This document shows, one piece after another, positions 24,721 to 38,074 of a DNA stretch of 64,000 bases. The notes beneath the pieces were generated by a model. That model searched no databases and had not been told where the DNA came from. It saw only the letters and a list, made by a program, of their open reading frames with translations. Within the stretch, counting starts at the first letter, position 1; each line of letters opens with the position of its first letter. This stretch comes from Chiloscyllium plagiosum (lineage: Eukaryota): assembly GCF_004010195.1 (NCBI RefSeq), contig NC_057752.1, positions 7,285,785 through 7,349,784 on the forward strand, read 5' to 3'. The position numbers and the translations under genes were made by a program.

Positions 24721-26400
24721 AGAAATTGTACGACTAGCCAAGTACATGAGGTCTAGGCAGTTAAGAACAGAATGGGCCCTGGGGGAATATCGGAAGAGTA
24801 GGACAAGTCTTAAACAAGGAATCAAGGGTCTAAAAGGGGTAATGAAATAACTTTAGCAAGCAGAATTAAAGAAAATCCCAAAGCATTTTATTCTTATATA
24901 AGAAGCAAGCGGGTAGCTAGAGAAAGGATTGGTCCACTAAAAGATAATGAAGGAAGGCTGTGTGCCAAACCTGAGTGAATGGGTGAGATTCTGAATGATT
25001 ACTTTGCATCAGTGTTCACTGAGGAGAGGAACATGAGGAATCTTCAGATTAGAGATAGAAATTTGATTAGTCTGGATCACGTTGGCAGAAGTAGGGAAGA
25101 TGTGTTGGGTATGCTAGAGATTATTAAGGTGGACAAATCCCCAGGACCGGATGGGATCTATCCCAGGTTGCTGAGGGAGGCAAGAGAGGAAATAGCTGGG
25201 GCCCCGACTGATATCTTTGTGGCATCCTTAAATACAGGTGAGGTGCCGGAGGACTGGAAGGTTGCTCATGTTGTCCCCCTGTACAAGAAGGGTAGTAGGG
25301 ATATTCCGGGTAANNNNNNNNNNNNNNNNNNNNNNNNNNNNNNNNNNNNNNNNNNNNNNNNNNNNNNNNNNNNNNNNNNNNNNNNNNNNNNNNNNNNNNN
25401 NNNNNNNNNNNNNNNNNNNNNNNNNNNNNNNNNNNNNNNNNNNNNNNNNNNNNNNNNNNNNNNNNNNNNNNNNNNNNNNNNNNNNNNNNNNNNNNNNNNN
25501 NNNNNNNNNNNNNNNNNNNNNNNNNNNNNNNNNNNNNNNNNNNNNNNNNNNNNNNNNNNNNNNNNNNNNNNNNNNNNNNNNNNNNNNNNNNNNNNNNNNN
25601 NNNNNNNNNNNNNNNNNNNNNNNNNNNNNNNNNNNNNNNNNNNNNNNNNNNNNNNNNNNNNNNNNNNNNNNNNNNNNNNNNNNNNNNNNNNNNNNNNNNN
25701 NNNNNNNNNNNNNNNNNNNNNNNNNNNNNNNNNNNNNNNNNNNNNNNNNNNNNNNNNNNNNNNNNNNNNNNNNNNNNNNNNNNNNNNNNNNNNNNNNNNN
25801 NNNNNNNNNNNNNNNNNNNNNNNNNNNNNNNNNNNNNNNNNNNNNNNNNNNNNNNNNNNNNNNNNNNNNNNNNNNNNNNNNNNNNNNNNNNNNNNNNNNN
25901 NNNNNNNNNNNNNNNNNNNNNNNAGAAGGTTTACGAGGATGTTGCCTGGTATGGAAGGTGCTAGCTATGGAGAGAGGTTGAGTAGGTTAGGTTTATTTTC
26001 ATTAGAAAAGGGGAGATTGATGGGGGGGATCTGATTGAGGTTTACAAAATCATGAAGGGTATAGACAGGGTGGACAGAGACAAGCTTTTTCCCAGGGTGA
26101 AGGATTCAATAACGAGAGGTCATGCTTTCAAAGTGAGAGGTGGAAAGTTTAAAGGGGATACACGCGGCAAGTACTTCACACAGAAGGTGGTGGGCGTTTG
26201 GAACACGTTGCCAGCAGAGGTGGTAGAGGCAGGCACGGTAGATTCATTTAAGATGCATCTGTCCAGACGCATCTTAGGTGGGGAGCAGAGGGATACAAAT
26301 GCTTAGGAATTGACCGACAGTACATTTGGATCGGCTCAGGCTTGGAGGGCCGAAGGGTCTGTTCCTAGGCTGTAAATTTTCTTTGTCCTTTGTTCTTTGA
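24721..26400 (+). mobile_element. Relatively young CR1 LINE (ORF2 fragment to 3' tail) spanning an assembly gap
   Basis: KENPKAFYSYIRSKR, LNDYFASVFT, KSPGPDGIYPRLLRE, PEDWKVAHVVPLYKKG; after the gap RRFTRMLPGM and YFTQKVVGVWNTLP; tail ctttgttctttg. Confidence 0.93.
25314..25923. other. Assembly gap (N run) inside a CR1 copy
   Basis: Run of N. Confidence 1.
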
Positions 26401-26719
26401 ATAGCCTCAGCAACCCAGCCTTGGCAGCCTTTATGTTGAACAATACTTCGAGGAAGCACTGAGGATAGTAAGGGCTGAAAATGTACTCTGGGTGAGGGAT
26501 TTCAACGTTTACCACCAAGAGTGGCTCAGCAGCAGTCCTACTGATAGAGCTAGTTGAGTCCTAAAGGACATAGCTGCTAGACTCAGTCTGTGTCAGGTGG
26601 TGAGGGAACCAACAAGAGGCAAAAATATACTTGACTTCAACCTTACCAATCTGCCTGTCCATGACAGTATCGGAAGAGCGACAGTCCTTGTGGAGATGAA
26701 GTCCCGCCTTCACATTGAG

Positions 26720-28515
26720 AAGAGATGGCAGATGAACGCAACAGATATTTTGCACCTGTCTTCATTAGAGATGATACAAGTAGCATCCCAGAAATAGCTG
26801 TAAACCATGAATTGAAAGGGAGGAAGGAACTCAAGAAAATTAAAATTACCAGGAAAATAGTACTGAGTCAATTGTCAGAACTGCAAGTTGACAAGTCCCT
26901 GGTTCTTGATTGATTTCATCCGAGGGTCTTACAAGAAGTAGCTAATGGAATAGTTGATTTGTCAGTTTTAATTTTCTGAAACTCATTCAAATCTGGGAAG
27001 GTCCTTTATATTATTCAAAAAGGGAGGGAAACAGAAAGCAGGAAGGTAAAGGACAGTTAACATCTGTCATGGGGAAAATGTTAAAAGCTATTATTAAAGA
27101 CATTAAAACAGGGTTCAAGGTAATCGGGCAGAGCTAACATGGTTGTGTCAAAGGAAAATCATGTTTAATTAACTTATTGGTGTTTTTGAAGAAGTAATTT
27201 GTTCTGTAGATAAAGGGGAACAAATAGATGTATTTAGATTTCCAGAAGACATTTGATAACGTGCTACATCAAAGGTTAATGTGGAAAATAAAAGCGTATG
27301 GTGTTGGGGTAACATTGGCTTGGGCAGAAGATTGGCTGGCCACCAGGAGGCAGAGTATGAATAAATGGGTCTTTTTCAGGCTGGCTGGATGTCACATATG
27401 GTGTATCACAGGGGTTGGTGCTGGGGCCTCAACGCTTTATAATTTACCAAATGATTTGGATGAAGGCATTGAAGGTCTGGCAGCTAAATTTGCTAATGAC
27501 ACAAAGATAGGTAGGAAAGTGCATTGTGAAGAAAACATAAAGAGCCTTCAAAGGGATATACTGTAGATAGGTTAAGTGTGTGGACAAAGATCTGGCAAAC
27601 GGAGTACAATGTGGAAAAGTGAAATTGTCAATTTTGGCAAAAAATATAAAGAAAAAGCATATTATCTAAATGGTGAGAGTTTGCAGAGCTCTAAGATGCG
27701 GAAAAATCTGGATGTTCTAGTGCTTGGATCATAAAAGATTAGTGTGCAAGTATAACAAGTAATCGGGAAACTAACAATGTTATGGTTTATCATGAGAGGA
27801 ATTGAGTGTAAGAGTAGGGAGGTTATGTTTCAGCTATGCAGTTCATTCGTAGGATCGCAATTGGATTACTGTGTACAGTACTGGTCATTGTGCTTACAGA
27901 AGGATGTTAATATGTTGGATGCAGTTCAAGCAGTATGGCCGTAGGTTCTCAAGAACTGACTTGGATGAGAGTATAGGAGGCATGGCTAGTTAGTTTGGTG
28001 ACACCAAGATTGCTGGTATAGAGGACAGTGAAGAAAGTTATCTAAGATTACAAAAGGGATCTTGGAGGGTTTGAGCTATAGGAAGAGGCTGATTAGGCTG
28101 GGGCTATTTCCCCTGGAGTGTTGTAGGCTGAGGGGTGACCTTATAGAAGCTTATAAAATCATGAGGGGCATGGATAGGATAAATAGACTAGGTCTTTTCC
28201 CTGGGGTGGGGGAGCCTAAAACGAGAGGGCATAGGTTTAAGGTGAGAGGGGAAAGATTTAAAACAGACCTAAGGGGCAACTTATTTACGCAGAGAGTGGT
28301 GCATGTATGGAATGAGCTGCCAGAGCAAGTGGTGGAGGCTGGTACAATTACAGCTTTTAAAAGGCATCTGGTGGGTATATGAACAGGAGGGGTTTAGAGG
28401 GATATGGGCCAAATACTGGCAAATGGGACTAGTTTCATCTAGGATATCCGGTCAGCATGGATGAGTTGGACCAAAAAGTTTGTTTCCATGCTGTAATCTC
28501 TGTGACTCTATGAAG
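26720..28515 (+). mobile_element. Degraded CR1 ORF2 plus a separate CR1 3' end (about 27960-28515)
   Basis: YLDFQKTFDNVLHQRL, KFANDTKIG, RLRGDLIEAYKIMRG, FTQRVVHVWNELP. Confidence 0.9.
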
Positions 28516-28574
28516 ATTGAATTAGGAGCAGGAGTAGGCCTCTTGGTTTTTTGAGCTTGATTTACAATTTGTGA

Positions 28575-29010
28575 AGTTTCCCTTGGCTACAGGAAGGCAA
28601 GCAGCCAGGCCAATGTGATTTGCTGCAATAGCAGGATTCCAGGAGATACAATGTGCTTTAAATTGTACATATTACCATTAGAGCGCCCTGGTAGCAGCTG
28701 TCTTTGTGAGCAGAAAGGTTCCACTGCTTTAATGTCCAGCTAAATACTCTGGGTTTGCACTCGATATCTAGGGAGCTGTCATGACTCCTATATTCTGGAG
28801 AGTTCACAGCTGGCTAAAGCTTTTAATGCCCTTTAGTTAAAGGACTGGTTGCTGGGAGACAAGAGTTAATCCCAAAATACCATGCTAATGACACAAGTGA
28901 GGAATCTCCAGCCTGATGCCAAGGAAAGTTACAATGCTGCACAAGCCTCCATGAGATAGGACTGAGCAACAATGGGAATCCTGAAAATAAAATTCTGATG
29001 CCTAGATAAT
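28575..29010 (+). mobile_element. PIF/Harbinger (HARBI1-like) DDE transposase relic, catalytic region
   Basis: Across frameshifts it reads FAAIAGFQEIQCALNCT.ITIRAP..VFVSRK.FHCFNVQL..VCTRYLGSCHDSYILESS..WLLGDKS*..LMTQVRN..YNAAQASMR..MGILKIKF*CLD, matching Harbinger motifs (GAIDCTH, NRKGFHS.NVQ, PGS.HDS, LGD.GY, LK.RFRCLD). Confidence 0.85.
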
Positions 29011-30039
29011 TTTTACTTTTGCTATGTTGGCACTGTGATCCCTTAGAGGCATCAACTGTGTAGACAAACCCAGCCTTTGCACTAATTGTGCAGAACTGTA
29101 CCTGCACAACACTGCGTACTCCTACCTGCAGTCAGGAGGAAGTGCCTCGTCCCTTTTTACCTTGCCACTGATGCTGTGCACCTATAGCTTAGTCAATATT
29201 CAGAATCAATTTTGTGTCTATAATTCACATGCGTGGCAGACAGAAATTTCTTGTGTGTCTGGCAGTTACTGTGAGTTCTGCTGAACCTAGATCCTCAGGA
29301 TAGCTGCTACCTTTTCCAGAGACAGCCAAGTGCTCACATGGCAGAACTACAACATTAGACAGAACTTAGTCTGCCTCCTTAATCTTTTGCTCTAGCTTAC
29401 TGATGGTCTCTGGTTTGTCTGAAGCTCTGCTGCCTGTCTTTGTAGTGCAAAATGTCAGTTATGGCTGTTAACAGAGGCATGTCATCTGCATGGGGATGAG
29501 CAGGTGTCTGGTCTCCACCAGTCCTCAGCGTGTCAAAGACCTTGGGCATTGCTACTTTTGATGGCTGTAGATCCATGCCCATGATGTGTTTACTAGATTA
29601 TGACCCCAAACCTACTGTAGACAATGAACCCACCAAGGTGAATGTCTCTGCTGATGGAGGTTACTGGTGAATACTATGCCAGTTCATCCTCTGAGGCTTT
29701 GGAAATTTCATCCTCTGAAGTGGTGCTGCTGCTTGGGAAGGGGTGAAAATATTGTGTATTCTTGTGCTTCCTTCTCTTCCTCCTGTTTACTGCTATGACC
29801 TGTTGTGGAGAAGAAAATAAATTAGATGCTGAATATGGATAGTTCCTATTGTAAACAAATGTCTCACATTGCCTGCATACTTGAGAACAGCACACCTTAC
29901 TGGCTTCCTTACTGGCTTTATGTGACATTCCTATCTCTCCATTTGTGCAAGCACAGATTTTAAACTGGAGTGTTAACGGAAATTTGTTTATCCTATGGGA
30001 GTTCACAACTGGAACTCCCATATCTCAGCAGAATCCAAG

Positions 30040-31031
30040 ATGAGCAAGTTTAAAAATTAGTTTAAAAGCTTTTGAACAGATCAAAGGAAACCTGGCTGGA
30101 GTCAGGAGTAATTATAGTCTATCCTTGAAATAAACAGCAGTTAAAGAAATACGTTACATCAGTGCAAGTTTAAAGTTTGTGAAACTTCCAGAGCAAGAGT
30201 GTTTGATTAAAACTCTCCTATTAAAAGACTGAGAAAGTCTAAGTTGTCAGCTGTATGAGTGGCCAAGGGAAAAGACTTCACAGCTCACAGGACTGGAACT
30301 GAAAAGAAGTAGTTAAGTCAAACCTACAGATTTAACAGTGCAAGGAAATTTTACTGGATTTTGGGTAACTAAAACAATGGTGTTAGTGAGTATCTGGGAT
30401 TCTGTTTTGAAATTTTTAAAGTTTTGTTATATGTAGATGGCTTGGTTTGTTTTTTATTATTTGATAAACTTCTGTCTTGTTAAAACCAAATCACTTGTCT
30501 GGATGGTTGATTTGTGATGCAGAGTTTCACAAATACCATGGGTTCAATTCCTGCACCAGATGAAGAACTCTTCTTCTCAACCTCCCTTGCCTGAGGCGTG
30601 GTGACCCTCAGGTTAAACCGCCACAACTTGTCTCTCTCTAATGAGAGAGCAGCCCTATGGTCTGGTAAGACTATGGTGACTTTACCTTTAAAACAAAATC
30701 TGCAGGGAGGAGAAAGTGAGGACTGCAGATGCTGAAAATCAGAGTTGAGAGTGTGGTGCTGGAAAAGTACAGCAGGTCAGGCAGCATCTGAGGAGCAAGT
30801 GAATAGACATTTTGGGCATAAGCCCTTCTCCCCGAAATGTCTATTCTCTTGCTCCTCAGATGCTGCTTGACCTGCTGTGCTTTTCCAGCACCACAAACTA
30901 AATCTGCAGTTTTGTGTCCTTATGTTTCAGTGAAAGACCACCACATTAACTTTAAAAAAATTGACCTATCAGGCCAGATTTCATTCTGCAGTCTGACTTG
31001 ACCAATAGTAACATCAGCTGGGATCATAACA
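30040..31031 (+). mobile_element. Probable LTR fragment carrying a nested tRNA-SINE (about 30495-30690) and a foldback PLE terminus (30706-30894)
   Basis: Ends in an LTR-like gggatcataaca; the foldback insert is flanked by aaacaaaatctgcag (30691-30705) / aaactaaatctgcag (30895-30909); left boundary uncertain. Confidence 0.5.
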
Positions 31032-31619
31032 ATGGTATGAAGTGTTGCCAAGGATAGATGTACAGAACGAAGAGAAGGTGTTGAGTTCTTAATAAGAAAT
31101 GTAACAGTAGTTATAAAAACTTTACCTAATCAGCAGAAAAAATGAGATTGAACCAATAATGTTAATTATTTTTCTTTCCCTGGAGGATCATAGATCTGTG
31201 GAACAAGTTCCTTTTTCATGTATTGAATGCTGATCTGCTTTATACTTCAATCAAGACCTGAGGTGGAAATCATGTCATACGAGAGGTAGCTATCAAGTAA
31301 CATAAAGCACAATCCCTGCACTAGTCTGGTTGATTTAGGGATGGGGAGAAGGGTGTTGGAGAGCAATTGTCCTGTTTTTTTCCCTCTAATTGGCTTTGGG
31401 TTTTTTTATCTGATTCTTTTTGTCTCTTTCAGGTAATTACATTGATTTAGTGGGGAGGGAATATCATACAAAATTTTGATTGTATGGAACATAGTAGCTG
31501 GATCAGCTGATCCTTTCTTGAGTGTTATTGTGATACTTTTGTATGTGATATAGATAGGACTGAGCTCTAATAGTAGCTTCAAGTTGTGTGATAACTTCTG
31601 TAGACCAGAGTACAAAGTA

Positions 31620-32270
31620 GGCAGCCGGGGAGCTGTTGGGAAATAAGGAGATTGTGAAATATCATCATGTACAAATCATGGGGATTTCAGTAAAATAGAG
31701 GCTGAATGAGATGGATCAATGACAACAGGGAGGAGAAGGTGAGATATGCAAATAAAATTCGCAGAAGCACTCGGGTAGTTTCCTCAAACAACGTGTGAGG
31801 CAGGCTATTAGAAGCTATGTGGAATTTTACATTCAGCAATCAACCAGAGCTCTTTAGTAGCCAGAAAATTACTGTCAAACCTAAAGCCAAAACCAAGCAT
31901 GATGCAGGACAGGAAAATTCGATTATGACTGAGAGCATAACCACAGCGACCAACCATGTAAAGACTTTTGAAGATGGAGAGAGAGGCAGTGAAGCAGAGG
32001 AACTTATGGAGGAAATTCCAAAAGTGGCTGACATAATTAAAGACTCTGCTGACAATGGTATGGTATGCACAGGAGGACAGAGTTGGAAAAGGAAGAATAT
32101 AGCGTTGAATGTAAGAATGAAGAAGATTGCAGAGGTGTGGTTGGAGGAATGTTGTGGAGTGATTTATAAATAAGCAGAAAGAATTTGAATTCAATCCATT
32201 AACAGACAGAATGCGTGAGAAGATTGGTGGTGCACTGGTGATGGCCAACTGGAGCTTTGGGTGCATAAGC
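31620..32270 (-). mobile_element. Highly decayed L2-type LINE fragments
   Basis: GA-rich plus strand; the minus strand resembles the L2 3' end (haemmered ITP.L..LHWL-like segment, tcatcttcaaaagtctt). Confidence 0.45.
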
Positions 32271-32774
32271 AGGTGTAAGCAGAGATTTAGATCAGTTAAG
32301 ATTTGAGTAGTATGGAGCTGACTTTCATGCTCTGCATTTTCTTATGTTCGTATTTTGAATCGATGGACCAGTCTTAGAGATAACACCTTATTGAAAGACA
32401 GTTTCTAAAATAATAGAGCAGAATTGGAGGTGCTGGCTTTGGATGAGACACAAAATTAAAACTTCTGTTCCCTGGGCTAGGTAGGGATGGCAGATTTCCT
32501 TCACTAAAGAGAATTAATGAACCAGATAGATTTTTAAATGACAATCAACAGTGGTTACAGGGTCCCCATTAGGCTAGCTTTTAATTCCAAATTTTATTTA
32601 ATTCAAACTTTTGATCAAATCCATGCCTCTGGAACATGAGCCGGAGGCACCGGTGACTTATCCATTGACATTACCACCATGCCACCAGCTCGACTACATA
32701 CTTAGGTGCCAGATAAATGCACGTGATTGCTTTCTTACACAATTTCAATGTCAGTTGTGTGTATCTAACAATAC

Positions 32775-33826
32775 AGAATACAGGATAGGTCAGAGTCAGC
32801 ATGGATTTATGAAGGGGAAATCATGCTTGACTAATTTTCTGGAATATTTTGAGGATGTAACTCTGAAGATGGACGAGGGAGATCCAGTAGATGTAGTGTA
32901 CCTGGACTTTCAGAAAGCTTTTGATAAAGTCCCACATAGGAGGTTAGTGAGCAAAATTAGGGCGCATGATATTGGGGGCAAAGTACTAACTTGGATTGCT
33001 TAGTTGACAGGAAACAAAGAGTAGTGNNNNNNNNNNNNNNNNNNNNNNNNNNNNNNNNNNNNNNNNNNNNNNNNNNNNNNNNNNNNNNNNNNNNNNNNNN
33101 NNNNNNNNNNNNNNNNNNNNNNNNNNNNNNNNNNNNNNNNNNNNNNNNNNNNNNNNNNNNNNNNNNNNNNNNNNNNNNNNNNNNNNNNNNNNNNNNNNNN
33201 NNNNNNNNNNNNNNNNNNNNNNNNNNNNNNNNNNNNNNNNNNNNNNNNNNNNNNNNNNNNNNNNNNNNNNNNNNNNNNNNNNNNNNNNNNNNNNNNNNNN
33301 NNNNNNNNNNNNNNNNNNNNNNNNNNNNNNNNNNNNNNNNNNNNNNNNNNNNNNNNNNNNNNNNNNNNNNNNNNNNNNNNNNNNNNNNNNNNNNNNNNNN
33401 NNNNNNNNNNNNNNNNNNNNNNNNNNNNNNNNNNNNNNNNNNNNNNNNNNNNNNNNNNNNNNNNNNNNNNNNNNNNNNNNNNNNNNNNNNNNNNAGCATG
33501 TTTCCGCTGATGGGTGAGTGCTGAACCAGAGGACACAGCTTAAAAATACGGGGTAGACCATTTAGGACAGAGATGAGGAGAAACTTCTTCACCCAGAGAG
33601 TGGTGGCTGTGTGGAATGCTCTGCCCCAGAGGGCAGTGGAGGCCCAGTCTCTGGATTCATTTAAGAAAGAGTTGGATAGAGCTCTCAAGGATAGTGGAAT
33701 CAAGGGTTATGGAGATAAGGCAGGAACAGGATACTGATTAAGGATGATCAGCCATGATCATATTGAATGGTGGTGCAGGCTCGAAGGGCAGAATGGCCTA
33801 CTCCTGCACCTATTGTCTATTGTCTA
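32775..33826 (+). mobile_element. Young CR1 LINE 3' portion spanning an assembly gap
   Basis: SQHGFMKGKSCLTNFLEYFEDVT..VVYLDFQKAFDKVPHRRL; tail (cctattgtctattgtcta). Confidence 0.93.
33027..33494. other. Assembly gap (N run) inside a CR1 copy
   Basis: Run of N. Confidence 1.
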
Positions 33827-34479
33827 ATTAGATACCAGGAAACCTTCTCTGTTCTTTAGCAAGATGCTCCACTCTTTAATAATGTTACATGTTACAGCAG
33901 GCAAAGTGTGGATTCTGCACTACCCAAGTTTCAGTAACATGTGATGTTCTGTATTTTGTGGTTGTTTTAAGAATAGTAGTGGAGCTTAAATCAATAGTGC
34001 GATTTAGCATTTTCACACACTGTCATCAGATAGAAAATATAACAGTGAAATATTGCACCTAGAGTGTTATCTCACAAATTGAACAATACAGCCATGGTAC
34101 AAGTATCAACAGTAGAATAAATATCCTGCAGTTTTCTTTAGATTGTAAATTTGTGTAAGTGAAAAGTGAGACCAGTGTAACCATTTACACCAAGCACTGA
34201 TGGACTATTATCAATTTAAAGCATGGTGAGAATTGTTTTGGGAGTTCTACCAAGTATTGCTTAACAACTGGCTCACAGTAGCATTGGCAAAAAGCTAGAG
34301 GACTGAGGTTGGTTACCACCCTTACAAGCATAATGGCAAACCGTGGAATACTAAAGTCCTCCACTAACTCACACAGTTGAAATGAGCTTCATTTAGTTTA
34401 AAAGCAGCTACCAGATGCAGAATGTCAATTTGTTAATTAAGGAAGGACAAGATCAAGAGTAAAATAGAACAAGCATTCC

Positions 34480-36000
34480 ATTGTTCTGAGCGAATTGTTG
34501 GAGTGACAGATAAAATCTGGAGTATCTGGAGTCCTGAGGAACTTCAAAGAAGTGGCTCATGAGAAAGTTGATTGGCTTTAATTTTCCAAAATTTCCTAGA
34601 TTTGAAGACTGTTCCATTAGATTTGAAAATAACAAATACAACTCCTTTATTCAAAAAGGGAAGGTGATGGAAAGCAGGAAACTAGACACCAATTAGCTTA
34701 AAATCTGTCATAGGGAAAATGTTAGAAGCTATTATTAAAGATGTTATAACAGGGCACTTGGAATAGTCCAAGGTAATCAGGTAGGGTCAACATGGATTTA
34801 TGAAAGGGAAATCATGTTTAAAACATTCTTGCAGTTCTTTGAGAAAGTAACAGATGTTGTGGAAAAAGTGGAATTGGTGGATGTATTACATAGATTTCCA
34901 GAAGGCATTTGATAAGGTTCCACATCAAAGGTTATTGCAGAAAATTAAATCTTATGGTTAGAAGGTAACATACTGGCATAGAAAGAAGTTGGATAGCAGC
35001 AGGAAACAGTAGGTATAAATCGATAGTTTTCTATTTAGCAAGATATAACGAGTGGTGTGCCACTGGGATCAGTGCTGGAGCTTCCACATTTTATACAAAT
35101 GATTTGGGTTAAGGCATCAAAGATATGGTAGCTCAATGTTCTGATGACACAAAGATAAGCAAGAAAGTAAGTTGTCAAGAGGACATAAGGAGACTACAGA
35201 GGAATATAGATAGCTTAAGTGAGTAGCAAAGAATTGGAAAATAGAGTATAATGTAGGAAAATATGAAATTATCCATGTTAGCAGGAAGAATAAAAATAAA
35301 CTTATTATCTAAATAGTGAGGGTTTGCAAAGTTCTGAGATGCAGGAGGATCTGTGTCTCCCAGTGCATGAATCACAAAAGTGTGATATGCAGGTAAAGCA
35401 TCTAATTAGGAAAGCGAATGGAATGTTATCATGTATTGTGAGGGGATTGAATGTAAAAGTAGGGAGGTATGCTTCAGTTATACAGGGCAATGGTAAGACT
35501 ACATCTGAAGTGTACAGTATTGGTCACCTTATTTCAGGAAGGATGTAAATGCATTGGAAGCTGTTCAGACAAGATTTACTAGACATATACCTAAAGTGCA
35601 TGTGCTGTCTTCTGAGGGAAGGTTGGACTGGCTAGGTTTGTAACTGCTAAAGTTTAGGAAAGAGGTGACTTAGGTGAAACATACAAGATTCTGAGGGATC
35701 TTGATAGAGTACCTATGGAAAAGATGTTTCCTCTTGGGGGATACTCCAGAACTAGGATTGTGGCTCATTTCAGGCAGAGATGTGGAGAATTTCTTTCTCT
35801 CAAGGGTTGTGAGCCTTTATTACTCTTCCTCAAAAGATATTGGAAAGAGAGTCCTTGAATATTTTAAAGCAGAGGTAGATAGGTTCTTAATAAGCAAGGG
35901 AATGACAGGTTATTGGGAGTTGCTGGTGAAATGTTGTTATCAGATCAGCCATGATCCTGTTGACCTAACGGTCAAGAAGGCACAATAGCACCTCTTCTTC
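34480..36000 (+). mobile_element. Degraded CR1 ORF2 and 3' UTR
   Basis: QHGFMKGKSC, DFQKAFDKVPHQRL, SGVPLGSVL and KANGMLSCIVRG motifs with many stops. Confidence 0.85.
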
Positions 36001-36003
36001 CTT

Positions 36004-37130
36004 AGTCATAGAGTCATGGAGATGTACAGCATGGAAACAGACTCTTCGGTCCAACCCGTCCATGCCGACTAGATATCCCAACTCAATCTAGCCCCACCTG
36101 CCAGCACCCGGCCCATATCCCTCCAGACCCTTCCTATTCATATACCCATCCAATGCCTTTTAAATGTTGCAATTGTACCAGCCTCCACCACTTCCTCTGG
36201 CAGCTCATTCCATACACGTACCACCCTCTGCGTGAAAAAACTGCCTCTTAGGTCTCTTTTATATCTTTCCCTTCTCACCCTGAACCTATGCCCTCTAGTT
36301 CTGGACTCCCCCACCCCAGGGAAAAGACTTTGTCTATTTATCCTATCCATGCCCCGCATAATTTTGTAAACCTCTATAAGGTCACTCCTCAGCCTCTGAC
36401 TCTCCAGAGAAAACAGCCCCGGCCTGTTCAGCCTCTCCCTATAGCTCAAATCCTCCAATCCTGGCAACATCCTTGGAAATCTTTGCTGAACCCTTTTGAG
36501 TTTCACAACATCTTTCCGATAGGAAGGAGACCAGAATTGCACGCAATATTCTAACAGTGGTCTAACCAATGTCCTGTACAGCCGCAACATGACCTCCCAA
36601 CTCCTGTACTCAGTACTCTGACCAATAAAGGAAAACATACCAAACGCCTTCTTCACTATCCTATCTACTTGCGACTTCACTTTCAAGGAGCTATGAATCT
36701 GCACTCCAAGGTCTCTTTGTTAAGCAACACTCCCCATTAAGTGTATAAGTCCTGCTAAGATTTACTTTCCCAAAATGCAGCACCTTGCATTTATCTGAAT
36801 TAAACTCCATCTGCTACTTCTCGGCCTCTTGGCTCATCTGATTAAGATCCTGTTGTAATCTGAGGTAACCTTCTTTGCTGTCCACTACACCTATAATTTT
36901 GGTGTCATCTGCAAACTTACTAACTATACCTCTTATGCTCACATCCAAATCATTTATATAAATGATGAAAGGTAGTGGACCCAGCACCGATCCTTGTGGC
37001 ACTCCACTGGTCACAGGCCTCTAGTCTGAAAAACAACCCTCCACCACCACCTTTGAGCCAGTTCTGTATCCAAATGACTAGTTCTCCCTGTATTCCGTGA
37101 GATCTAACCTTGCTCACTAGTCTCCCATAG
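36004..37130 (-). mobile_element. CR1 LINE 3' portion
   Basis: SGVPQGSVLGPLPFIIYINDLD..KFADDTKI; LYRTLVRPLLEYCVQFWSP; FFTQRVVRVWNELP; tail (atgactct)n. Confidence 0.95.
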
Positions 37131-37134
37131 AGTC

Positions 37135-37665
37135 GGATCAGGAAATTTGGCATGTCCATAAGGACCCTCACCAACTTTTGCAGATGCACCATAGGAAGCA
37201 TACTGTCCAGGTGCACAACGGCCTGATACGGCAACCATTCTGCCCAGGACCTTAAGAAACTACAGAAAGTTGTGTGCACAGTCCAGACCATCACAGAAGC
37301 CAGCCTCACATCCATGGACTCCACCTATGCATCTCGTTGCTGTGGAAAGACTGACAACAACATCAAAGACACATCCGACCCGGTAATGCTCTCCTACAAG
37401 CTCTTCCATCGGGCAGAAGATACAGAAGCTTGCGCACACCCACCAGGACTCTGTAACTTCAACTAATGCTGTTCTTGTTAATGTTGATCTTGTCCAGTGC
37501 ATGTCCTGTGCAGTGTAATCTGTGTACCTTACTCTGTCCAAGTTTTTTTTCACCCTATGATCTGTATTTCCTTGTTTACTATGATCTGCCTCTACTGCTC
37601 GCAAACAAAGATTTTCACTGTATTTAGGTGCACATGACAATGAATCAAATCAGCCAATCAATCCA
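37135..37665 (+). mobile_element. Rex1/Babar LINE 3' fragment
   Basis: RKFGMSIRTLTNFCRCTIGSILSRCTTA*YGNHSAQDLKKLQKVVCTVQTIT is the typical Rex-Babar C-terminal domain; (aatc)n tail. Confidence 0.85.
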
Positions 37666-38074
37666 TTGAATGGTGGACCAGACTTAAGGGGTTATTCTTG
37701 CTCCTAATTCATATGTTTTTAATTACATGTTTTGCATATAAAAATGTGTAATATCTAAATATATAAGGCACCTTTAAGTTCCTTAAAACTTGTGCTGAAA
37801 ATGTAAAAGCAATCAATCGCAAATTGACTCAAGAAGGCCATCACGTTCTGAAGTGCAATTAGAGAAGGGTGAAAATGATGCTCACATCCCATAAAAATAA
37901 TTTTAAAACATTATTTTTTAAAAGGTTTTTTTAAAAAAATTCCTGTGTAAGTTTTTCCTGATCTCTTTCTATCTTGAAGACATTCCTGTGTTACAGCCCC
38001 ACAGATACAGGTCATCATTCTGTACTTCAGCCATGTTATCCATGTGTAAGGTTGAACAGGGCTGTATGATTATA

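Noticed and set aside
24979..26034. 351-aa and other long ORFs across N runs (also 32957-33703)
   Set aside because: Their length is an artefact of assembly gaps within CR1 copies
31808..32266. 152-aa and 118-aa overlapping ORFs
   Set aside because: They overlap decayed L2-type sequence with biased composition and show no recognisable domain
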